In this document: positions 57,953 through 64,000 of the stretch, in pieces
How positions within the stretch are numbered: the first letter of the stretch is position 1
How the letters are laid out: every line of letters begins with the position of its first letter
Source: Alphaproteobacteria bacterium
GTDB lineage: Bacteria > Pseudomonadota > Alphaproteobacteria > Micavibrionales > SZUA-601
Direction: 5' to 3'
NCBI GenBank assembly: GCA_965216395.1
Contig: OZ244156.1
Span: 328,765-392,764, forward strand
DNA: 64,000 nucleotides
Notes under the pieces: model-generated
What the model was told of the DNA's origin: nothing
Databases searched by the model: none
The model's input: only the letters and a program-made list of their open reading frames with translations
Position numbers and translations under genes: made by a program

Positions 57953-59653
57953 CTATTTTATGTTCTTCTCAATTTCTAGAACATCGAATATTTTTTTAAG
58001 AGGGTATTTATCTTTATTATTAGGATAAATATTGCTAACATAACGTTCAAATGGTAAATTCATTTTAGCCATATCATTCTCATCGTATTTTTTATTGAAT
58101 TTTCTTTCAAAACGCTTCAAATATTGAAAATAACCATCCGCTAGTTCTCTTATATCAAAATGTGGCAGTTGATGAATTTTTTCTATTAAAAAAGATATGT
58201 TCATGAAAAGTAAATTCTCTATCTTTTTAAAAGTATTAGTCAAATCTTTCTCTAAGTTTAATCTTGCTTTGAATTCACCATTCAGATAACGATTAACTCC
58301 TGGCATACTAAAGAAATTATCTGTATAGATTATTATTGGATATATTATAAGATTTCTTTGCTTCAACTTTAATTCTTTATAGCTTTTGTCCTCAAATGGC
58401 TTATCCATAAGTTTTTTTAATTGCTTAACAATCTGTCCTGTTCCTTTTGATTTTGTATTATATTTGGTATCGATGGCACTTTTAATTTTTTCATAATCTA
58501 AAGAATTAATTGCCTTAGCAGGAAAATAGGCATCTTTGATTTCGAAAAGAAAAATAAATTTCCCAAATCTGTAATATGCATCGGGGAAACCATCATTTTT
58601 GTAATCATCAAATTTTAAGATTGAATGTTTCTTATTCAAATAATGAGAAAGGACTTTTTTAAAAATATGATCTTCAGTTACTTCTTGACCTAAAAAATTT
58701 TTAAAATCCGGAAAATTTTTAAATTTTGGATTATCAGCAATTCCGGAGCTTGCATAAAAATCAAAAACTAATCCCTCATAAGTTTTATTAATAATAAAAT
58801 TCCAATTAAAGACAAAAAACTTATTCGGTTGTATTTCAATTAAAGGTGATTGTTTTAGACCATTGAAATTCTTTTTATCTTTTACATACTCTTTTTGATA
58901 TTCATCAAGTTTTAAAGTGAAATTTTCGAGTATTCTCTCTGTAATATCTCCTTTTTTGATTACAAAGGGTGTTGAGTCTTTATCTGAAATATCTTTTGAC
59001 CAACTCGCTTGCAATGTATTTGTTATTGTCATTATATAATGCCAATAACTTTCTTTTTGATTATATCTCGTAAATGCATCAACATAGCCGTCAAATTCTG
59101 GATGTTTTTTTAGAACATTAAAAAACACAAGCGAGCGAATAAGATTATGCATTGGTCTAATATGATGATTAACCTCATATTGATCTATAAAAGTAGGCCA
59201 TGTTTTTACTTGAAAAAATTCGCCATTATCGTCATTTGAATTAAATGAATGCTCATATCTTTTATTTATCGTACTGGTAATTACTAAATATGCTTTAAAA
59301 AAATTCAATTCTTGTTCTGGTGTAGTGTCTACAATTGAAAAATCACGATAATTTATTAATTCATAATGAATGAATTCTAAGCTATATCTAATACTAAAAA
59401 TATCAACTCTTTGTTCAGTTTCATATTTTGAAAGTCGATCTAAAATTCGATTTCTTAAAACACTATCAAATCGTCTAGAAATTAAATCAAAAAGTTTTCT
59501 TTGAGTTGCTCTTTTACCCAAAAACAACTCAGCATTAATAAGGCAAAGCATACTAAGTGTCACATTCGATGGAATATCTTTTAGTAAATCTGTTAATTTT
59601 GGTATCTCATCATCGAAAATATCTGAGTAGGTAGGTGTAATAATAAATTCCAA
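57953..59653 (-). CDS. Hypothetical protein with C-terminal PD-(D/E)xK nuclease-like motif (island cargo)
   Basis: 566 aa. Residues 355-373 read GFPD-AYYRFGKFIFLF-EIK (D358/E371/K373, nt 58535-58582), followed by GQIVKQL. The N-terminal 340 aa or so are unassigned. Confidence 0.55.
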   Translation of the reverse strand: MEFIITPTYSDIFDDEIPKLTDLLKDIPSNVTLSMLCLINAELFLGKRATQRKLFDLISRRFDSVLRNRILDRLSKYETEQRVDIFSIRYSLEFIHYELINYRDFSIVDTTPEQELNFFKAYLVITSTINKRYEHSFNSNDDNGEFFQVKTWPTFIDQYEVNHHIRPMHNLIRSLVFFNVLKKHPEFDGYVDAFTRYNQKESYWHYIMTITNTLQASWSKDISDKDSTPFVIKKGDITERILENFTLKLDEYQKEYVKDKKNFNGLKQSPLIEIQPNKFFVFNWNFIINKTYEGLVFDFYASSGIADNPKFKNFPDFKNFLGQEVTEDHIFKKVLSHYLNKKHSILKFDDYKNDGFPDAYYRFGKFIFLFEIKDAYFPAKAINSLDYEKIKSAIDTKYNTKSKGTGQIVKQLKKLMDKPFEDKSYKELKLKQRNLIIYPIIIYTDNFFSMPGVNRYLNGEFKARLNLEKDLTNTFKKIENLLFMNISFLIEKIHQLPHFDIRELADGYFQYLKRFERKFNKKYDENDMAKMNLPFERYVSNIYPNNKDKYPLKKIFDVLEIEKNIK

Positions 59654-59664
59654 ATTATATATTT

Positions 59665-60429
59665 TTAACGTTTAAAACCACGATCACGTTTTTGTTCAAT
59701 CTCATTTTGGTTCTCTTTGAACTGGCTTTCTCTTAGCTTTTCGTAGGCTTGGTCAAGCTTATTATTTGTCATTTCAAGCTTATGTTCTTCAAAATCCTTC
59801 AATTTTTCATTCGGTATTTCTTGTGATTGATCAAACTTATTATTTTGCTCTTGAAGCTTTTCTTGATTTTGTAATTGATCAATTGGACTGTTTGTTTTTT
59901 TTATCCTTTCTTCGCTACTATTTCTTTCTTTATGATATTCTAGTGAGTCATTTGCTACTTCTTGTGATTGATCGAGAGTTTTATTTTGTTTTATTCGTTT
60001 ATCATATCTGACAATGTCATTTTTGTTTTCTCTAAATGGCTGTAGTTTTCGATTGTTTATAACTTCGTCACGCCCTTTTTCAATAAAGGTTGGTAATTCA
60101 TTCGTAGAAAATTCTTTTAACTTATCTACTAATTCATCGCCACCCATTTCCTTACAGTGGTCATGAGCAACTTTTTCTATCTTTTTAGCATTCTGATCTA
60201 ACTGTTCTTTGAAGCGTTTCTCTCTACTCTTTTTATCCTTTGATTTGTCAAGTTTATAGGTTCTTGGCGGTAATTTTTTAGCCCAACTAGGCTTTGGCGT
60301 ATAGTCTAGCTTATTATAAGTCGTGTCCTTATGATAATCCGCTTCAATTTGTTTTCTCTCATCTAAAAGCTCTTTAATTTCAATAAGATTTCTTAGAACA
60401 TCCCTTAATTCATTATAGTTTGTTGACAC
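59665..60429 (-). CDS. K/E/Q-rich protein with internal repeats, likely coiled-coil (island cargo)
   Basis: 254 aa with a GTG start and no obvious SD. Repeated peptide K(L/F)DQSQE(V/I), encoded by the 15-nt direct repeat TTCTTGTGATTGATC at 59818 and 59959. An 11-nt gap separates it from the downstream 566-aa gene. Confidence 0.45.
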   Translation of the reverse strand: MSTNYNELRDVLRNLIEIKELLDERKQIEADYHKDTTYNKLDYTPKPSWAKKLPPRTYKLDKSKDKKSREKRFKEQLDQNAKKIEKVAHDHCKEMGGDELVDKLKEFSTNELPTFIEKGRDEVINNRKLQPFRENKNDIVRYDKRIKQNKTLDQSQEVANDSLEYHKERNSSEERIKKTNSPIDQLQNQEKLQEQNNKFDQSQEIPNEKLKDFEEHKLEMTNNKLDQAYEKLRESQFKENQNEIEQKRDRGFKR

Positions 60430-60475
60430 TTGATAAGTTTTATGTTAAGTTACAATAATTAATTGAGGTGCAAAA

Positions 60476-60847
60476 ATGAGCGAGTTTGTGGAAACACCAG
60501 AAAGATTAAAAGCCTACAATACAGAAAATATCGAGTTTAAAGACAAGGCTCGAAGACTTATCATTAAAGAATTAGGATTTGAACCGAACCTTAGAGCTTC
60601 TTTAGGATTTGAATTACTGATAAGACATATGTTAAAAAATGTTTACATAGGTAAGCTTTCGAAAAAAAAGCTTAGACAGCATTTATTAGTTTTGTGTAAT
60701 GCCACACGAGATAGTATTAGACGAGAATGCCCCGAACAAGTTTATCTCTTAGAGAAAAAACGTCCTAGCGTTTCTTACCTCTATCTTGGGCTTGGTTTTC
60801 TCGGGCTTTGTCTTCTTGGTGTTCTAGCATTTTTTTGGTTTGGCTAA
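60476..60847 (+). CDS. Small basic protein, possible DNA-binding regulator, hydrophobic C-terminus (island cargo)
   Basis: Strong SD (GAGGTG) 7 nt before the ATG. 123 aa. The last 28 codons or so are antisense to the K/E-rich 3' end of the relaxase gene, which mechanically yields a Leu/Phe-rich tail. Confidence 0.45.
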   Translation: MSEFVETPERLKAYNTENIEFKDKARRLIIKELGFEPNLRASLGFELLIRHMLKNVYIGKLSKKKLRQHLLVLCNATRDSIRRECPEQVYLLEKKRPSVSYLYLGLGFLGLCLLGVLAFFWFG

Positions 60848-61838
60848 AGGCATCTTCGAGTGTTCGTGAACGCGTTATACCATCGCCATTATCGCTAAAT
60901 TCGCTTTTTTTCTTTTCCCATCGTTCCTCTTTAAAATCTTTAATCAGTTTTTCAAAGCGTGCGCTGGCTTGTCCGATTTCATCTTTAGTGACCATGTTAA
61001 AAGCATTTTCAACTATCACTTTTTTCTTATATTGGATATCTTGTTTTTTCTCAGCTTTCTTTTCTTTACTCTGTGATCGCTCTTTTTTTAAATCCTCAAC
61101 TTTGGGGAGTTGCTTTATGATCGGTTGCAGTTTTTGCTCAACGTGTTTTTTCTTCTCACCCGTAAAGCGCATCAGGGAATGAACTTGGTTTTTATCACTA
61201 ACCAGAACGACACCACGCCTGCCAATCGCTAAATTGAAGCCTGCCTTTTTTAAGGCGGTTTGTAATTCTTGCGGGTTTGAGTGTTGTTGATAGAGTTTCT
61301 TTATGCGCGCTTTCAATTGTTTGGGCGTATAGCCATCACGAATAGTTTGTTGGCGTTCATTCATTGTGTCCCAATTGGAACCAAACTCAGCTTTGAGCGT
61401 TTTATGTTTAAAACGTTGTTCTAAATCACGCCCAAGTTTTTTATGAATGTAATAGTCATTTTTTGTGTCAATGACTTTACCTTGTTCTACATCCGTGCGT
61501 TGCCAGACAACATGAATATGGGGACGTCCGCCTTTTTCATGATAGACAACCGCGCGCGGTTGATTGGTTAACCCTAAGCGGTTTTCCATTTCATTGACAC
61601 TATATTGCCATTGTTGGGGTGTCATGGTTTCACCGATGGCAGGATTAATCTGTGCGTGATAAAGCCCTGTCTTGGCTTTGGTCATCTTTGCGGTCAGTTC
61701 CATGTCTTTCAAGGCTTGGGTGAGGTCTTGTGTCGCTGTACCCGTAATCTCAACCACGACAATACGCTCATTATCATCTTTAAGGAGATGTTGAGCTAAA
61801 CTCGCGCCATTGGAACGTTTCCCCCCTTTACAGATCAT
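60765..61838 (-). CDS. MobA/VirD2-family relaxase (mobilization nuclease domain)
   Basis: N-terminus MICKGGKRSNGASLAQHLLKDDNERIVVVEITG and YHEKGGRPHIHVVWQRTD (HxE...HxH metal triad). These match the alphaproteobacterial MILKGSQRGG...AAHLL...FHEKEGRRHAHCVW relaxase family as I recall it. Confidence 0.8.
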   Translation of the reverse strand: MICKGGKRSNGASLAQHLLKDDNERIVVVEITGTATQDLTQALKDMELTAKMTKAKTGLYHAQINPAIGETMTPQQWQYSVNEMENRLGLTNQPRAVVYHEKGGRPHIHVVWQRTDVEQGKVIDTKNDYYIHKKLGRDLEQRFKHKTLKAEFGSNWDTMNERQQTIRDGYTPKQLKARIKKLYQQHSNPQELQTALKKAGFNLAIGRRGVVLVSDKNQVHSLMRFTGEKKKHVEQKLQPIIKQLPKVEDLKKERSQSKEKKAEKKQDIQYKKKVIVENAFNMVTKDEIGQASARFEKLIKDFKEERWEKKKSEFSDNGDGITRSRTLEDAFSQTKKMLEHQEDKARENQAQDRGKKR

Positions 61839-62175
61839 ATCCTAGAGCTTGACGGAGATCTGTACGCATGGCTTCAATTTGTTTCAATAAAGATTGCCCT
61901 AATGCAACATCCGTTGGATTGCCACTATTGTAATGTTTGGCGATTTGATTGATATTCCCGCCAATCTTACCCCAAGAAGCCAAAAGCTTAATCAACAGGG
62001 CTGTTTCAGCGCCTGATTTCAGCGGTTTGGATTTCAGCGCGGTTTTGCGAAAATAATCCGCGCCACTTAACCCCGCTTGTTCACAGCGCGCCAGAAAGTT
62101 TTGTTTTTCCTGTGCTGTCAGGCGAAATTGCACCAATTCATTGCGCTGTCGCTTTTCACTTCTTTTTTTCTTCAT
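61828..62175 (-). CDS. mobC: MobC-family relaxosome accessory protein
   Basis: RNELVQFRLTAQEKQNFLARCEQAGLSGADYFRKTAL plus ...GGNINQIAKHYN is the MobC pattern. Overlaps the relaxase start by 11 nt. Confidence 0.8.
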   Translation of the reverse strand: MKKKRSEKRQRNELVQFRLTAQEKQNFLARCEQAGLSGADYFRKTALKSKPLKSGAETALLIKLLASWGKIGGNINQIAKHYNSGNPTDVALGQSLLKQIEAMRTDLRQALGYDL

Positions 62176-62204
62176 AACTCAAAAAAAAATAACTCAACCC
62201 TTAT

Positions 62205-62290
62205 CGGGGAGGATTAAACGGACGGGGAGTTTCCCCTCCTTTACAAGGGTGGCGGTATGACCGCCCCATACCTTGCATCTGCCACTCAAT
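62205..62290. other. Candidate oriT of the MobC/MobA module
   Basis: GC-rich structured patch directly upstream of mobC. Hairpins GGGG-AGTTT-CCCC (62224-62236) and GGCGG-TATGA-CCGCC (62251-62265), followed by CCTTGCATCTGCCA (62271-62284). Confidence 0.45.
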
Positions 62291-62438
62291 AGAAGTTTTT
62301 TCTTAAATAAAGATAAGGATTTATTTGTAAAAACGATGCGCTTATCACTTTAAAAATATTCACCAAACACACGAAATAGGATGTATTCTGGTAAGATTTT
62401 GGGGGCAATGCCCCGCATTTTAGGGCTTTAAGATTTTC

Positions 62439-62466
62439 TTGACTCTTGTTCGATAATATGTATAAT
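62439..62466 (+). promoter_or_regulatory. Near-consensus sigma70-type promoter for the 337-aa gene
   Basis: TTGACT (62439-62444), a 16-nt spacer, then TATAAT (62461-62466). It lies 30 nt upstream of ATG 62497. Confidence 0.5.
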
Positions 62467-62496
62467 AATTAGGAACTGTAATAACAGAGAATTGTC

Positions 62497-63510
62497 ATGG
62501 ACGCGTTTTCATTTCGGATAAGTTTAATCGAGTTAACAAAGCCTGTATTAAATAATGCGCATGACGCTGTTCAAGGATTAAACGCCATCAAACAAGCAAT
62601 TGACTTTCTTCTACTTAGTAACGATGAAATAGATCATCAAGAAAGACAAGAACTCATCAATAAGAGTTTTGATATTATCGGTGGTCAATATGATTTACCC
62701 GAAACAAAACAGGAATTTTTGCAAACAAACCCTGATAAAGTGATTTATGGTTTGACACAGCACTTAAAAAGTCAAAATCCATTATCAACGCTTTATAATT
62801 ATGACATTCCGTCCAATCTTCCCAAGAATGCACAATCTGATTATGTGGAACGTTTGAGAACTTGTGCAAAAGACTCAGCCTTTTATGATTGTTATTTACG
62901 AGATACCAGTCGGCTTGACAATTTAGAGGGGATTAGTTCATCACCCGCAGAACCGAATTCCGATGAATTGGGGTATATCCATCCAAGAGAACGTGAATAT
63001 AAAGCCTATAAAGCAAGACAAAGAGAAATTGAATTAGAAGAAGCTAGAGAAGCATATGAAGCACTCAACCGTTCATTTCTTCGTGATGAGAATGGTAAAG
63101 TCAATCTTAATGAATACAAAGGTGGCGAAGATTTTTTGGAAAAGATACATTTTCTCAAACACAGCTTTTGGTCGCTAAGAGATGCGGGTAAGATTCCTAG
63201 TAATAGTGATTTCGCAACCTTTAGAACGCTTGATTATGATTTCATCATGGGAAAGCTTATAGAAAATCAAATTGTGGTAGATTATCCTGAATATCGATCC
63301 CTTGAAGATGAAAATGTCAGACAAGCCCATTATGAGCAGAAAGCACAAGAATTTGGTGTCAGTGTTGAACTCCTAACAATGGATATTCGTGATGTACCTA
63401 ATCAAGATGATAGCCTCAATGCTTTTAGGGAAAATGCCCAAGAAGTTTCATTAGGTCAACGGCTTGTCAATGGCGTCAAAAAAGCGGTTGATTTTGTTAA
63501 ATCCCTTTAA
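62497..63510 (+). CDS. Hypothetical protein (island cargo)
   Basis: 337-aa acidic, helical-looking ORF with no recognisable motif. A promoter-like element lies upstream. Confidence 0.5.
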   Translation: MDAFSFRISLIELTKPVLNNAHDAVQGLNAIKQAIDFLLLSNDEIDHQERQELINKSFDIIGGQYDLPETKQEFLQTNPDKVIYGLTQHLKSQNPLSTLYNYDIPSNLPKNAQSDYVERLRTCAKDSAFYDCYLRDTSRLDNLEGISSSPAEPNSDELGYIHPREREYKAYKARQREIELEEAREAYEALNRSFLRDENGKVNLNEYKGGEDFLEKIHFLKHSFWSLRDAGKIPSNSDFATFRTLDYDFIMGKLIENQIVVDYPEYRSLEDENVRQAHYEQKAQEFGVSVELLTMDIRDVPNQDDSLNAFRENAQEVSLGQRLVNGVKKAVDFVKSL

Positions 63511-63563
63511 TTGAATTGATTAATTTATCAAAATATTATTTTTCTTACTTAACATATAAATTT

Positions 63564-63607
63564 TTATTGTATTTTCATGGTTGAATAACCGTAAAAAAAT
63601 ACAATAA
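63564..63607. repeat. Long imperfect inverted repeat / stem-loop abutting the next start codon
   Basis: TTATTGTATTTT (63564-63575) pairs with AAAATACAATAA (63596-63607). There is an inner GGTT-GAAT-AACC stem. The 3' arm ends 1 nt before ATG 63608. Confidence 0.55.
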
Positions 63608-64000
63608 ATGAGATTTATTAATCTTGGTAAAAAACGTCGTTCAAAAAATAGACTTAGAAATACCAATCCTATGATTGTTAATATCTTATGGTATGCATTG
63701 GTAATTTATTCAATTATATCTGCATTTGACAAGAAATCCTACCTTGGTCCTTGGCTTTTGGTTTTAATAATCTTCTTGGTTGCTATTTCTTTTATCCACA
63801 GTTACAAATTTATTAAGTTTCATAAATATGCTGATAAATTTGAAAATAATGATCCTTGGTTACCGAAAAACTTTGAGATTAAACTTCCACCAACTTTACA
63901 AAAAATTGTAGATCGTAATGCTGATGATGTTCGTAAAGAAATGGGCGTTGAAAAATATATTGAAGCCCTTGAAGCCGAATTAGAATTTCTTCATGAACAT
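63608..64000 (+). CDS. Hypothetical membrane protein, N-terminal part (continues beyond the window)
   Basis: Not in the ORF track because it is truncated. My translation is MRFINLGKKRRSKNRLRNTNPMIVNILWYALVIYSIISAFDKKSYLGPWLLVLIIFLVAISFIHSYKF... It has two TM segments and stays open to the window edge (131 codons). Confidence 0.45.
   Translation, partial: MRFINLGKKRRSKNRLRNTNPMIVNILWYALVIYSIISAFDKKSYLGPWLLVLIIFLVAISFIHSYKFIKFHKYADKFENNDPWLPKNFEIKLPPTLQKIVDRNADDVRKEMGVEKYIEALEAELEFLHEH

Larger units (their letters stand above)
51487..64000. mobile_element. tRNA-Ser-anchored integrative mobilizable-type genomic island (left end at tRNA 3' end; right end beyond the window)
   Basis: A tyrosine integrase lies immediately 3' of the tRNA. 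There are two relaxase modules, oriT-like hairpins and AT-rich orphan cargo. No copy of the tRNA 3' end was seen downstream in the window. Confidence 0.7.

Noticed and set aside
60808-61182. 124-aa plus-strand ORF antisense to the MobA-type relaxase
   Set aside because: Its Ser/Phe/Leu-rich sequence is the mechanical mirror of the K/E-rich relaxase C-terminal region. There is no SD.
51487-64000. Search for a second copy of the tRNA-Ser 3' end (attR) inside the window
   Set aside because: I found no repeat of GGGTTCGAATCCCATCCTCTCC or a substantial part of it by eye, so the island boundary cannot be set here. A computed repeat search should confirm this.

Overview
This window looks like an AT-rich alphaproteobacterial chromosome. 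The evidence is an alpha-type 40-aa L36, a divK-pleD pair, obg-rpmA-rplU, plsY-dprA-topA-rnr-rpmG and ruvX-gatCAB gene order. A Holosporales/Rickettsiales-like endosymbiont lineage is only a guess.

Positions 1-51.4 kb are mostly housekeeping genes. They include three tRNAs: Gly-GCC, Pro-UGG and Ser-GCU. Small accessory patches interrupt them:
- a tightly coupled terD-terD-serine hydrolase-Ca2+/cation antiporter operon (18.1-20.9 kb);
- an AT-rich BPL_N-like + NADAR pair (14.9-16.3 kb);
- a hypothetical / DUF6428-like / hydrolase patch (20.9-23.6 kb);
- a NUDIX-like + SGNH pair wedged between rnr and topA;
- a PNPOx-like gene inside gatCAB.

From the 3' end of tRNA-Ser (51.49 kb) to the window edge lies a horizontally acquired integrative, mobilizable-type island. 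It carries a tyrosine integrase and two unrelated relaxase modules: a TrwC-type relaxase-helicase, and MobC plus a MobA/VirD2-type relaxase with an oriT-like hairpin region. It also carries very AT-rich cargo of unknown function.

The best candidates for an undescribed system are two cargo cassettes:
1. 57953-60847: a 566-aa protein with a C-terminal PD-(D/E)xK (Shedu-like spacing) nuclease signature and a large unassigned N-terminal region, a K/E/Q-rich repeat protein, and a divergent small basic protein.
2. 52919-54941: a two-gene membrane-anchored pair.

I saw no CRISPR array, rRNA or transposase. All functional calls rest on my recognition of motifs in the supplied translations. No database search was run.
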